Position numbers and translations under genes: made by a program
Source: Nitrosomonadales bacterium
GTDB lineage: Bacteria > Pseudomonadota > Gammaproteobacteria > Burkholderiales > Gallionellaceae
DNA: 64,000 bases
Direction of reading: 5' to 3'
NCBI GenBank assembly: GCA_016235045.1
Contig: JACRME010000015.1
Span: 3,296-67,295, forward strand
Part shown: positions 46,525-55,732 of the stretch, one piece after another
How positions within the stretch are numbered: the stretch's first letter is position 1
Layout: the number at the start of each line of letters is the position of its first letter
The notes under the pieces: generated by a model
Database searches by the model: none
The model's input: only the letters and a program-made list of their open reading frames with translations
What the model was told of the DNA's origin: nothing

Positions 46525-49313
46525 GCCGTGGCTCCTTTCTCGGCGATTTTCTTGATGCGGACGGTGAACTCCTGGGTACGGAAACCTCCTGTTACCGGTT
46601 CGACCGCATAAGGAATCAGCTTGTTGGTGGCGGTGCCCATGCCCTTGGCACGCGAAAGCATCGGGTTCTCAGCGCCGAAGCTGGAGTAGAAGAACACCGC
46701 CTCACGGTGGATCAGCCGCGTCACATGGGCATGGCCGTTCGCGGTTTGTCCGCTCTGCGAATTGGTGATGCTGATCGCATCGCCATCCGCGATGCCGAGG
46801 AAGGCCGCGCGTGCCGGATGTATCCAGACGTTGGTGTAGATGTCCTTCTTGAACTGGTTGATGGCCGCCAGCACCGGATTGTTGTTGTTGGTGGAGGCAT
46901 ACGACACGGTGGGCGCCTTGCCATAGGTGAAGTAGAACTCGTCGTCGGCCAGGCTGCCGGAGGCGGTGCAGCGGCATTCCGTCGGAATATGCGTGGCGAG
47001 AACGTTGAATTGCGGCGCCGTTCCGCCCATGCCGCGCAGGCCGTCGAACAGGCTGGAGTAGAACTCCACCCGTCCGCTGCCGCTGGGCATCGGCAGCTTC
47101 CACGGCATGGCATGCTTCTCCAGCAGCCTGTCCTTGGTTTCCAGCATGTACACGCCCTTTTCCTGCAACGCGGTATCGAGCTGCTTCACGGTGATGCCCG
47201 CCTCTTTGGCGGCTTCCTCGAAAGCAACATCGCGGTAGGCGGCGGAGAACGGACTCTTTACGCCTTCCTTGATCTTCTGCGCCAGCTTCTTCTTGACCGA
47301 GGCAGCGCTCAGCCCGGTCAGCTTGTCGATGGTGTCCATGAAGGCTTCGGGCTTGCCGCTGATGATCTCTGTCATCTTCAACAGGATGTCGGGCGTCTCG
47401 TGCGTGTCGTACAGCGGATCGATGGCCGCATAACGCGTGGTCATGGCGAGGTCGTGGTTGACGCCGTTGGCATAGATGTTGGGTTCGCCACGCTCCAGGT
47501 AAGTGGAGTTGGGCAGGATCACGTCCGCGTACGCCGTGCTGTCGCAAGGCAACACGTCGATGGCGATCACCAGTTCCACATTCTTGTGGGACAGGATTTC
47601 CTTCCAGCGCGAATCGGGATAGTAGTGGCGCACCGGATTGGCTGCGTTCAGCAACACCGCGCGGGTGTTGTAAGGCTCACCCTTGTAGTTGAGGGTGCCC
47701 TCCACCGATTCCTTGAAGCCCACGTCCGCCAGCACCGGCAGCATGACGTAAGGACGACCCGCCGCGCGTTCCTGTTCGGAGAATGCCCAGGACCAGCCGG
47801 GTTTGCCGTGGCCGAAATTCTTGCCGTTCGAGAACACGTCGATGACCAGTTTGGCGAAGGGCAGGCCGACGATGTTGGTAAGCGGTGCTCCGATACTCTT
47901 GCCTTCTTTCTTCGCCTGGATGGTGTGCGCCTGCTTCTTGTGCACCTCGCCGCTCATGATCCAGCCGCCGGGCTTGTCGATGCCGCCGGTCAGCGCCTGG
48001 ATCATGGCCTGCACGCGGCGCATCATGATGATGTTGCCGTAGCGGCCCCCGTGCCAACCGGGGTCGATGATGGCGGGACGCGCGCCGCCGAATTCGCGCG
48101 CAATGCGGCGGATGGTGACGGCAGAAATGCCGGTGCTGTTCTCCGCCCATTCCGGCGTGCAGGCGCGAATCTCCTCCAGTTGCGCCTGCAGCACCGTTAT
48201 TACCGTATGTCCGTCCAGTTTCAACCCGGCCGGCGCATGCAGCGCCGGGAAGCAACTATGCCCGTTCACGTCCTGGCCATTGTCGTTGGTATAGGCCGGC
48301 AAGGTGCGGATGTCCGAACTGTGTTCCTGTACTACGCGCGGACGGCCCTTGGCGTCGAGCGCCAGTTGCCATTGGCCCTTGCTGTCGCGGTAGGTCAGGA
48401 ACGGCATGTTGGAATGCTGGCGCAGGAATTCGGCGTCGTAGAGTTCTTCCTCCAGCATGGTCTTGAGCATGGCCAGCAGGAAATCCAGATCGGTGCCGGG
48501 GCGGATGGAAATCCATTCGTCCGCTTTGGAGGCGGTCTCCGAAAGGCGCGGATCGACAGCGACCACCTTCGCGCCATTCTTGCGGCCGGCGGCGAAACGC
48601 ACCATGCGGCAGGTCGACACGCTGCCGATGGAAGCATTGTTGGCGATGAACAGGATGTATTTGGCGTTATCGAAATCCGGCAAGACTTCATCGTGAATGT
48701 TGAAGTTGCCGGTCACCGCGTCGGTGCCGAGGTGGCCGTTGGTGACGCAGGCCTGCATGGGCGAGGCGATGATGTTGGGGATGCCGTTGGTCAGCGCAAA
48801 CGGCACCGCCCAGTTCATGTAGAAGACACAGGAGGTCCAGCCGCCGACCATGGTCCATTCCCAGGGCTGGAAGTTGGCGTCCTTCTGTTTCTTGGCGATG
48901 TAGGCGTAGGCCTCTTCCCAGGACGCGGAGCGGAACTTCATTTCGCCGCGCTTGCTGCCTTCCACCCTGATCAGCGGCGTTTTCAGTCGGTCGGTGTCGT
49001 AGGTCTGGCGCAACCCGGCCTGCCCGCGCGCACAAAGCTTGCCGCGGTTCAGCGTGGAATTGGGGTTGCCGTCGATTTTGACGATGCGCTTGACGCCATT
49101 CCTGGTTTGCGTGGTGACGCGCAGATTGCACAGAGAAGAGCAGAAATTGCAGATGCTGTAAGTGCAACCTTCACCATCCGGAACACTGCCACTGTCTGCC
49201 GAAGCAGAATTGATCAACATGCTGGCTGGTTTCAGCAAGGTTAAACCAGCTACACCCAACCCGGTCGCTTTCAACAACGTGCGACGGGTCAGGCAAGGAA
49301 AGTTCCAAGCCAT
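46521..49313 (-). CDS. Tat-exported molybdopterin oxidoreductase catalytic subunit (Psr/Phs/Ttr-like; substrate unknown)
   Basis: Twin-arginine signal LTRRTLLKATGLGVAGL. N-terminal 4Fe-4S motif CNFCSSLC...CARG. 930 aa of the DMSO-reductase superfamily type. Confidence 0.85.
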   Translation of the reverse strand: MAWNFPCLTRRTLLKATGLGVAGLTLLKPASMLINSASADSGSVPDGEGCTYSICNFCSSLCNLRVTTQTRNGVKRIVKIDGNPNSTLNRGKLCARGQAGLRQTYDTDRLKTPLIRVEGSKRGEMKFRSASWEEAYAYIAKKQKDANFQPWEWTMVGGWTSCVFYMNWAVPFALTNGIPNIIASPMQACVTNGHLGTDAVTGNFNIHDEVLPDFDNAKYILFIANNASIGSVSTCRMVRFAAGRKNGAKVVAVDPRLSETASKADEWISIRPGTDLDFLLAMLKTMLEEELYDAEFLRQHSNMPFLTYRDSKGQWQLALDAKGRPRVVQEHSSDIRTLPAYTNDNGQDVNGHSCFPALHAPAGLKLDGHTVITVLQAQLEEIRACTPEWAENSTGISAVTIRRIAREFGGARPAIIDPGWHGGRYGNIIMMRRVQAMIQALTGGIDKPGGWIMSGEVHKKQAHTIQAKKEGKSIGAPLTNIVGLPFAKLVIDVFSNGKNFGHGKPGWSWAFSEQERAAGRPYVMLPVLADVGFKESVEGTLNYKGEPYNTRAVLLNAANPVRHYYPDSRWKEILSHKNVELVIAIDVLPCDSTAYADVILPNSTYLERGEPNIYANGVNHDLAMTTRYAAIDPLYDTHETPDILLKMTEIISGKPEAFMDTIDKLTGLSAASVKKKLAQKIKEGVKSPFSAAYRDVAFEEAAKEAGITVKQLDTALQEKGVYMLETKDRLLEKHAMPWKLPMPSGSGRVEFYSSLFDGLRGMGGTAPQFNVLATHIPTECRCTASGSLADDEFYFTYGKAPTVSYASTNNNNPVLAAINQFKKDIYTNVWIHPARAAFLGIADGDAISITNSQSGQTANGHAHVTRLIHREAVFFYSSFGAENPMLSRAKGMGTATNKLIPYAVEPVTGGFRTQEFTVRIKKIAEKGATA

Positions 49314-49662
49314 AGACGCTCCCTAAGAAAAATTGTCAGTAGAAAACCAATACTTCTTCTTATTGTTGTCCCACTGGGTGTAATCACCCTTCTCTCGGGA
49401 TAGCGTCGAACTGCCATTGCTGGCGAGTCGCAGTCTCTAGCTCCATAAAGACTGCATTGCACTTCTGGTTATATGCTAGCAGAGCGAGTAAGGTTTCTGC
49501 AATTTTTGCCAGCCGCAATGCCGACTTTTATACTCTACATTATCAATCAGTTGCCGAAGAAGCGAGGCTTTGCGCGTCACTGGAGGTAAATTTGCTGGTT
49601 GCATCTTCGCGAAGAAAATTCTCGTGATGCAACAGCCCGGAATTTGTTGTGTCCGGGCGTCT

Positions 49663-49678
49663 TGTCGGCTTTGCTACA
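49663..49678 (+). promoter_or_regulatory. NifA UAS upstream of nifE
   Basis: TGTCGGCTTTGCTACA is an exact TGT-N10-ACA, only about 44 nt upstream of the -24 element. Confidence 0.6.
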
Positions 49679-49721
49679 AATTCCTGCTGCATAAATTCCA
49701 TTAAAATCAATCCGCTGACTC

Positions 49722-49737
49722 TGGCACGGCACTTGCG
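49722..49737 (+). promoter_or_regulatory. sigma-54 promoter of nifENX
   Basis: TGGCACGGCACTTGCG (TGGCAC-N5-TTGC), 36 nt upstream of the nifE ATG. Confidence 0.8.
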
Positions 49738-49772
49738 AATAGGAGGGCGTCATCCATTGTTGAGTCAAAGCC

Positions 49773-51179
49773 ATGCAAGCCAAGGACATCGCCGCACTGC
49801 TGAACGAACCGGCCTGTGCGCATAACGAAAAGTCGAAATCGGGCTGTGCACGTCCCAAACCGGGCGCGACCGCCGGCGGCTGTTCGTTCGACGGGGCGCA
49901 GATCGCCTTGCTGCCCATCGCCGATGTCGCTCACATCGTGCATGGCCCGATCGCCTGCGCGGGCAGTTCCTGGGAAAGCCGCGGCACGCGCTCGTCCGGC
50001 CCCAAGCTGTATCGCATCGGCATGACCACCGACCTCACCGAGCAGGACGTCATCATGGGACGCGGCGAGAAGCGCCTGTTCCACGCCATCAAGCAGGCGG
50101 TGGACAGCTACGCGCCGAAAGCCGTGTTCGTCTACAACACCTGCGTGCCCGCGCTGATCGGCGACGACATCGGCGCGGTGTGCAAAGCCGCCGCCGAAAA
50201 ATGCGGCGTGCCCTGTATTCCGGTGGATTGCGCCGGTTTCTACGGCACCAAGAATCTCGGCAACCGCATCGCGGGCGATGCGATGTTCAAATACGTGGTG
50301 GGCACGGCGGAGCCGTTGCCGGTGCCGCCCGAGGCGCAACGCCCCGGCATTACCGTGCATGACGTGAACCTGATCGGCGAATACAACATCGCGGGCGAAT
50401 TCTGGAATGTGGCGCCGCTGTTCGACGAACTCGGCCTGCGCATCCTGTGCACGCTGTCCGGCGACGGGCGCTTCCGCGAAGTGCAGACCATGCACCGCGC
50501 CGAAGCCAACATGGTGGTGTGCGCCAAGGCGCTGCTCAACGTGGCGCGCAAACTGCAAACCAATTACAAGACGCCTTATTTCGAGGGCAGCTTCTACGGC
50601 GTGACCGACACCTCGATGGCGTTCCGCGAATTCGCCAAATTGCTCAATGATCCGTCGCTGACCGAACGCACCGAAGCGATGATTGCGCGCGAGGAGGCGA
50701 AGATCAATGCCGCACTCGAACCCTGGCGCGAAAAACTGCGCGGCAAGCGCGTGCTGCTCTACACCGGCGGCGTGAAGTCGTGGTCGATTGTTTCCGCACT
50801 GCAGGACCTCGGCATGGAAGTCGTCGCCACCGGCACCAACAAATCCACCGAGGAAGACAAGGCGCGCATCCGCGAAATCATGGGCGACAAGACGCGCATG
50901 ATTACCGACGGCAGTCCCAAGGCGCTGCTCGGCGCGGTGAAGGAATACCAGGCCGACATCCTCATCGCGGGCGGCCGCAACATGTACACCGCGCTCAAGG
51001 CGCGCATCCCCTTCCTCGACATCAACCAGGAACGCGAATTCGGTTACGAGGGTTACAGCGGCATGATCGAACTGGCGCGCCAGCTTGCGCTGACGATACA
51101 GAGCCCGGTGTGGCCGGCGGTACGCAAGGCTTCGCCGTGGGCGAAAACATCGGTGCCCGGCATCGAGTTGGGGGCGTGA
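49773..51179 (+). CDS. nifE: FeMo-cofactor biosynthesis scaffold NifE
   Basis: ...[32 protein letters not shown]...[15 protein letters not shown]... is NifD-like and lies at the head of the nifEN pair. Confidence 0.95.
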   Translation: MQAKDIAALLNEPACAHNEKSKSGCARPKPGATAGGCSFDGAQIALLPIADVAHIVHGPIACAGSSWESRGTRSSGPKLYRIGMTTDLTEQDVIMGRGEKRLFHAIKQAVDSYAPKAVFVYNTCVPALIGDDIGAVCKAAAEKCGVPCIPVDCAGFYGTKNLGNRIAGDAMFKYVVGTAEPLPVPPEAQRPGITVHDVNLIGEYNIAGEFWNVAPLFDELGLRILCTLSGDGRFREVQTMHRAEANMVVCAKALLNVARKLQTNYKTPYFEGSFYGVTDTSMAFREFAKLLNDPSLTERTEAMIAREEAKINAALEPWREKLRGKRVLLYTGGVKSWSIVSALQDLGMEVVATGTNKSTEEDKARIREIMGDKTRMITDGSPKALLGAVKEYQADILIAGGRNMYTALKARIPFLDINQEREFGYEGYSGMIELARQLALTIQSPVWPAVRKASPWAKTSVPGIELGA

Positions 51180-51220
51180 GATGAGAATATCGCCACATCT
51201 ATTTATATCCAGCGAATCAT

Positions 51221-51385
51221 TCCCTCCCCCTTGCAGGGGGATAACCAGCGACTTGGCTGGCGTTGTTTGCCAGCCTAGTCGAATGGCTAGTAGTTCCATC
51301 AGGGCTAGGGAGGGGGTAGAAGCCGGGATGTCCGTAGCCCAACTTTTCTACCCCCATCCCAACCTTCCCCCTGCAAGGGGGAAGG
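51221..51385. repeat. REP-B doublet carrying a nested 60-nt element
   Basis: Between nifE and nifN, with the same architecture as 6081-6242 and 44764-44925. Confidence 0.85.
51241..51300 (+). mobile_element. 60-nt hairpin element nested in a REP-B arm (copy 4)
   Basis: ATAACCAGCGACTTGGCTGGCGTTGTTTGCCAGCCTAGTCGAATGGCTAGTAGTTCCATC. Confidence 0.7.
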
Positions 51386-51406
51386 AGTCAATGGTGGGAG
51401 CACAAC

Positions 51407-52828
51407 ATGGCTGAGATCCTGAAACGCAACAAAGCCCTCGCGGTGAATCCGCTCAAGGCCAGCCAGCCGGTCGGTGCGTCGCTCGCCTTCCTCGGCATCA
51501 ACCGCGCCATCCCGATGCTGCACGGCTCGCAGGGCTGCACCGCATTCGGCAAGGTGTATTTCGTGCGCCACTTCCGTGAGCCGATCCCGTTGCAGACTAC
51601 TGCGATGGACCAGGTGTCCACGGTGATGAGCGCGGACGAGAACGTGATCATCGGCCTGAAAACCATCTGCGAAAAAAGCAAACCCGCGCTGATCGGGCTG
51701 GCCACCACGAGTCTCTCGGAGACGCAGGGCACCGACATCAAGCGGCTGGTGAAAGAGTTCTACGCGGCAAACCCCGAGTTCGCGCATATCCCCGTGGTGC
51801 CGGTGAACTCGCCGGACTTCTCCGGCTGTCTGGAAAGCGGTTATGCGCTGGCGGTGAAGGCAGTACTTGAAACATTGCTTCCCACGATCGCCCCCTCGCC
51901 CGCGAGCGGGAGAGGGTTGGGGAGAGGGTTGGTCGGCAAGCGCAAAAAGCAAATCAACGTGCTGGCCGGATCGTTCCTCACGCCCGGCGATGTCGAACAC
52001 ATCAAGGAGCTCATCGAGGCATTCGGCCTGCGCCCGCTGGTGTTGCCGGACATCGGCGATTCGCTCGACGGTCATCTCACCGAAATGGATACCAGTCCGG
52101 TGACGCTGGGCGGTACGCCGGTGTCGGACATTTCCAGCATGGGCGAATCCATCGCCACGCTGGTGCTGGGCAATTCGCTTTATGAAGCGGCAGATTTCCT
52201 CAAACAACAAACCGGCGTGCCGGATTACCGCTTCGATTGCCTGATGGGCCTGGATGCGGTAGATGCCTTCGTCGCGACACTGGCCGAGATCAGCGGCAAA
52301 CCGGTGCCGGAGAAGATAGAGCGCCAGCGCGCGCAGTTGCAGGACGCGATGGTGGACGCCCATTTCATGCTGGGTTTCGCGCGCGTCGCCATCGCCGCCG
52401 ATCCCGACCTGCTCTATGGCATGTCGCGGCTGGTGACTGGCATGGGTTGCGAAGTGGTGGCCGCAGTCGCGCCCGCGCGCGCCACCATCCTCAGCGATGT
52501 CGTCGCCAGCCAGGTCGGCATCGGCGACCTCGAAGACCTGGAGATCGCCGCCAGGCGCAACGGTGCGCAACTCGTCATCTGCAATTCTCACGGCGTCGAG
52601 ACCGCGCGCCGCCTCGGCGTGCCGCTGCTGCGCGCCGGGTTCCCGCAGTACGACTTTGTCGGCGGCTACCAGCGCCTGTGGGTCGGCTATCGCGGCACGC
52701 GCCAGGCCTTGTTCGATCTGGCCAACCTGATGCTGGAGCATGCGCATCATCATGAGCCGGAAGCTTTCGTTTCCATTTACCACCAGGGAGTCAAGCATGC
52801 GGCATCTGCGGCTGGTGGAAAACACTGA
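51407..52828 (+). CDS. nifN: FeMo-cofactor biosynthesis scaffold NifN (with an in-frame REP-derived insert)
   Basis: [57 protein letters not shown] is canonical NifN. The insert ...[12 protein letters not shown]... is encoded at 51891-51929. Confidence 0.93.
   Translation: MAEILKRNKALAVNPLKASQPVGASLAFLGINRAIPMLHGSQGCTAFGKVYFVRHFREPIPLQTTAMDQVSTVMSADENVIIGLKTICEKSKPALIGLATTSLSETQGTDIKRLVKEFYAANPEFAHIPVVPVNSPDFSGCLESGYALAVKAVLETLLPTIAPSPASGRGLGRGLVGKRKKQINVLAGSFLTPGDVEHIKELIEAFGLRPLVLPDIGDSLDGHLTEMDTSPVTLGGTPVSDISSMGESIATLVLGNSLYEAADFLKQQTGVPDYRFDCLMGLDAVDAFVATLAEISGKPVPEKIERQRAQLQDAMVDAHFMLGFARVAIAADPDLLYGMSRLVTGMGCEVVAAVAPARATILSDVVASQVGIGDLEDLEIAARRNGAQLVICNSHGVETARRLGVPLLRAGFPQYDFVGGYQRLWVGYRGTRQALFDLANLMLEHAHHHEPEAFVSIYHQGVKHAASAAGGKH
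51891..51929. repeat. REP-B' (CTCTCCC-type) unit embedded in frame in nifN
   Basis: CCCCCTCGCCCGCGAGCGGGAGAGGGTTGGGGAGAGGGT aligns with the reverse complement of the intergenic unit at about 25308-25351 (CCCCTCTCCCTTGCAGGGAGAGGGTTAGGGAGAGGGT). Confidence 0.7.
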
Positions 52829-52838
52829 GGAGCTCGCG

Positions 52839-53252
52839 ATGAAAGTAAAGATCGCTTTTGCGACCAGCGACCGGCGCGCGGTCAACCAGCACTTCGGCGC
52901 GGCGGAATCGTTCGCCATCTACGAGGTGGGCGAAAGCGAGACGCGCCTGATCGAAGTGGCCGAGTTCATCGAGACCGCGATGGACGGGCACGAGGGCAAG
53001 CTCGCCGCCAAGGTCGAGCTGCTGGGCGATTGCGCGGCAGTGTATTGCAACGCGGTGGGCGCATCGGCGATCCAGCAGTTGCTGGCCGCGAGCATCCAGC
53101 CCATGCGCGTGGACGAAGGCACGCTCATCGACGAACTGCTGTGCGGCCTGCAGAAGAACCTGGTCAACGAACCGCCGGTATGGCTGGCGAAGCACCTGAA
53201 GAAGCAGGCCGGCGGCAAGGACTTCGCCGCGGACGAGGAGTGGCAGGAATGA
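52839..53252 (+). CDS. nifX: NifX, FeMo-co precursor carrier
   Basis: ORF 52740..53252 trimmed to ATG 52839 (RBS GAGGAG). MKVKIAFATSDRRAVNQHFGAAESFAIYEV... Confidence 0.9.
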   Translation: MKVKIAFATSDRRAVNQHFGAAESFAIYEVGESETRLIEVAEFIETAMDGHEGKLAAKVELLGDCAAVYCNAVGASAIQQLLAASIQPMRVDEGTLIDELLCGLQKNLVNEPPVWLAKHLKKQAGGKDFAADEEWQE

Positions 53253-53659
53253 TCTCGGCTCCTGTGCGCGTGATCTCCGCCGACAACGGAACGGCACAGG
53301 TCGAATCCACCGGCCAGTCCGGCTGCGGTGTCTGTCAGTCGCGCGAAAGCTGCGGCGTGTCGGGGTTGGGGAAATATTTTTCCGGCAAGCGCAAGGCTAT
53401 CGAAGTGCGGTGCAGTGTGAATGTTCGCGCCGGCGACGAGTTGCAGTTGAGTCTGAGCGAGGGCGATTTGCTCAAGGCGGGTTTGCTGGCCTACCTGTTG
53501 CCTACCGTGCTGGCGCTGGTCGGCGCGGGAATTGCTGCGGCGTTCGGCCTGGGCGATGTCGGGGCTGCGCTGGGGGCGGCGAACGGGATGGCTGCGGGAT
53601 TTTTACTGGGACGATTGTCGGGCTGGGCGCCGCGTATGGTTGCGCAACGTAAAGAGTAA
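53249..53659 (+). CDS. RseC/MucC-family membrane protein (nif-cluster type)
   Basis: ATG 53249 overlaps the nifX stop (ATGA). ...AQVESTGQSGCGVCQSRESCG... is followed by two TM helices. Confidence 0.7.
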   Translation: MISAPVRVISADNGTAQVESTGQSGCGVCQSRESCGVSGLGKYFSGKRKAIEVRCSVNVRAGDELQLSLSEGDLLKAGLLAYLLPTVLALVGAGIAAAFGLGDVGAALGAANGMAAGFLLGRLSGWAPRMVAQRKE

Positions 53660-53683
53660 TCAATTAACCGAAGGAGACAGAGC

Positions 53684-54145
53684 ATGAATCAAGCAGTCGC
53701 AGCAGACCCGTTGTTGTCCACCGATTTCATCCAGGAGATGGTCAAGCAGATGCGTGCCATCGACAGCTACGGCACTTACGACGGCTGGCCGGCAGACCGC
53801 ATCCTGGCACCCTATGTGGTGACCAAGGAACAGCGCCGCGCGATCCCGGTGATCGGCGATCCGGACGAGATCATGCTGGCCCGTATCAAGGCGTTCTACA
53901 ACGCGATCTCTTCGCTGATCGAAAAAGAGTGCGGCCTGATGGCGGTGCCCAGCATCAACATCACCCATGAAGGTTTCGGCCGCGCGCTGATCACCGTGGG
54001 CAAGCTGGTGGTGATGGATCGCACGTTGCGCGATGTGCATCGCTACGGTTACGAGAGCCTGTCCAAGATGAAGGATGAGGGCGACAAGCTGCTGTCCGTT
54101 GCGCTGGAGATCATCGGCAAGTATCCGGAAGTGGCAGGCTTATAA
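53684..54145 (+). CDS. NifX-associated nitrogen fixation protein (DUF269)
   Basis: 153 aa. ...ITHEGFGRALITVGKLVVMDRTLRDVHRYGYESL... gives the typical DUF269 position and motif. Confidence 0.8.
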   Translation: MNQAVAADPLLSTDFIQEMVKQMRAIDSYGTYDGWPADRILAPYVVTKEQRRAIPVIGDPDEIMLARIKAFYNAISSLIEKECGLMAVPSINITHEGFGRALITVGKLVVMDRTLRDVHRYGYESLSKMKDEGDKLLSVALEIIGKYPEVAGL

Positions 54146-54149
54146 ATGG

Positions 54150-54217
54150 AAAGTGGTAAGTAGGAAGTGGTAAGTAGTAGATGCAGCGTCACTCACCACT
54201 TGCCACTTACTATTCAC
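54150..54217. repeat. MITE-like short element with AGTGGTAAGT-type inverted arms
   Basis: AAGTGGTAAGTAGGAAGTGGTAAGTAGTAG ... CACCACTTGCCACTTACTATTCACC. Confidence 0.65.
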
Positions 54218-54229
54218 CAGGAGTTAATA

Positions 54230-54448
54230 ATGTCCGAAGAAGAACTGAAGAACCTCGACAAGGAAGTGAAGAAGCTCAAGCGCATCTCCAGCGAGTGGGC
54301 GGCGCAGTTGCATGACCTGGTCGAGGAGCGCTTGCCGGCCGGATACCAGGAGATCCCCGGTATCGCGCAATCCACATACGACGCGTGCCAGGCATGGGCC
54401 GAGGCGAACGCAAAACTGGTCGCAGCACAGAAAGAAATTCAAGTTTAA
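54230..54448 (+). CDS. DUF683 / CCE_0567-family nif-associated small protein
   Basis: ORF trimmed to ATG 54230. MSEEELKNLDKEVKKLKRISSEWAAQLHDLVEERLP... Confidence 0.7.
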   Translation: MSEEELKNLDKEVKKLKRISSEWAAQLHDLVEERLPAGYQEIPGIAQSTYDACQAWAEANAKLVAAQKEIQV

Positions 54449-54462
54449 ACAGAGGAAGAGAT

Positions 54463-54753
54463 ATGACTAACATTACCGAAATCACCCGAGGCGGCACGCC
54501 TTATGAACCCACCTTCATCACAGCCCTGAATGCGGCGAATTGCCTGGGCTGCGGGCGCTGCTTCAAGGTCTGCCCGCGCAAGGTGTTCGAACTGGTCGAG
54601 CGCAGCGAGGACGACGAGAACTACGATGAGGACGAAGACAACTGCATGGTGATGACGCTCGCCAACGCGCTGGATTGCATCGGTTGCGGCTCCTGCGCGC
54701 GCGTTTGTCCCAAGCAGTGCCAGACACATCAAGCCATGCCGGTTGGAGCCTGA
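54463..54753 (+). CDS. fdxB: ferredoxin III, nif-specific (FdxB-type)
   Basis: ATG 54463 (RBS GAGGAAGAG). CLGCGRCFKVCP ... acidic insert ... CIGCGSCARVCP. Confidence 0.8.
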   Translation: MTNITEITRGGTPYEPTFITALNAANCLGCGRCFKVCPRKVFELVERSEDDENYDEDEDNCMVMTLANALDCIGCGSCARVCPKQCQTHQAMPVGA

Positions 54754-54755
54754 TC

Positions 54756-55079
54756 ATGGCAAGACCGGTCAAGCACGTGTTCGTCTGTTCCCAGCATCGT
54801 CCGCCCGGCCACCCGCGCGGTTCATGCGGCGACAAGGGCTGCCGCGAGGTGGTGGATGAGATCATGCAGCAATGGCAGCAACGCCAATGCTTCTCGCAGG
54901 TGCTGGTCACGCCGAGCAGTTGCTTCGGTCCCTGCAGCATGGGGCCGAACATCCTGGTCTACCCGGAAGGCATCCTGTACAACAATGTCACCAAAGAGGA
55001 TGTGAGCACGATATTCGACGAGCATCTATTGGGCGACAAGCCGGTAGAACGGCTAAAAGCACCTGCCGACATATGGTAG
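54756..55079 (+). CDS. thioredoxin-like [2Fe-2S] ferredoxin
   Basis: MARPVKHVFVCSQHRPPGHPRGSCGDKGC...CFGPCSMGPNILVYPEG. Confidence 0.8.
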   Translation: MARPVKHVFVCSQHRPPGHPRGSCGDKGCREVVDEIMQQWQQRQCFSQVLVTPSSCFGPCSMGPNILVYPEGILYNNVTKEDVSTIFDEHLLGDKPVERLKAPADIW

Positions 55080-55444
55080 TGCTTGCTTCGCGCCGGTTGC
55101 CTGCAGAACTTGAGGCGCTGGCCGGGCGCATTGTGTCTGCGATGCAGCAAACGGCCGCTAACTGCACCGCAAACGGCGCCACGCCGAAGATCGAACTGGA
55201 TGCCGTGCAGTTTACCCGGGTCGTCGACCCCGGCAATCAATTGCCCGGCTATGAAGGGGTGTGGCGCAACGCCCGCAATGAGCGCTGCGGCATGCTGACC
55301 ATCAACACCGACAACAGTTTTTACGCCGAGTACGACCTGTTCTGCCCGCATCCGCGCGACCCGCGCTGGTTCGTCGAAATGGTCACCGCATGGGGCAGGG
55401 ATGCGTCGCTGCGCTGCGAAGCGAAAATGACCCCAAGCCTGTGA
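55073..55444 (+). CDS. hypothetical protein, translationally coupled to the 2Fe-2S ferredoxin gene
   Basis: ATG 55073 overlaps the preceding stop (ATGGTAG). 123 aa with no motif recognised. Confidence 0.45.
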   Translation: MVVLASRRLPAELEALAGRIVSAMQQTAANCTANGATPKIELDAVQFTRVVDPGNQLPGYEGVWRNARNERCGMLTINTDNSFYAEYDLFCPHPRDPRWFVEMVTAWGRDASLRCEAKMTPSL

Positions 55445-55520
55445 AGATACCCGAGTAAACCGATTCCAACCGGCCAGCCCGGATATTTCACCAACTTCCT
55501 CCGGGAATCGCCGAATAATT

Positions 55521-55589
55521 CGTCATACCGGCGAAGGCCGGTATCCAGTGCCTTTAATTAACTGGGTTCCGGCCTTCGCCGGAACGACG
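55521..55589. repeat. REP-C-like inverted pair
   Basis: CGTCATACCGGCGAAGGCCGGTATCC ... GGTTCCGGCCTTCGCCGGAACGACG. Confidence 0.7.
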
Positions 55590-55732
55590 AAACCGAATAA
55601 ATCAGCGCTTTCTAAGGTCTTCATGGTCACCAGCCTGCCGTAGAAGGTACCCTGCTTGACCTAAATCAGGTTTCCTCCTCGGCGTCGAATGTTACAATCC
55701 GCCAGTTGCGTGCCGAAAATTGGAAATTACCC

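Noticed and set aside
49470-49500. Sigma-54-like sequences in the AT-rich 460-nt region between the molybdoenzyme operon and nifE (for example minus-strand TGGCAGTTCGACGCT)
   Set aside because: The GC of the -12 element is offset by one nucleotide and no UAS is nearby. Only the nifE-proximal promoter at 49722 is convincing.
44947-52918. Long ORFs 44947..46611 (+), 46707..49244 (+), 49707..51299 (-) and 51305..52918 (-)
   Set aside because: Each is antisense to a gene with clear family motifs (NrfD/Fe-S subunit, molybdopterin subunit, nifE, nifN). Several also read through REP units, which produces the recurrent PLQGGG- and MELLAIRLSWQTTPAKSLV-type peptides.
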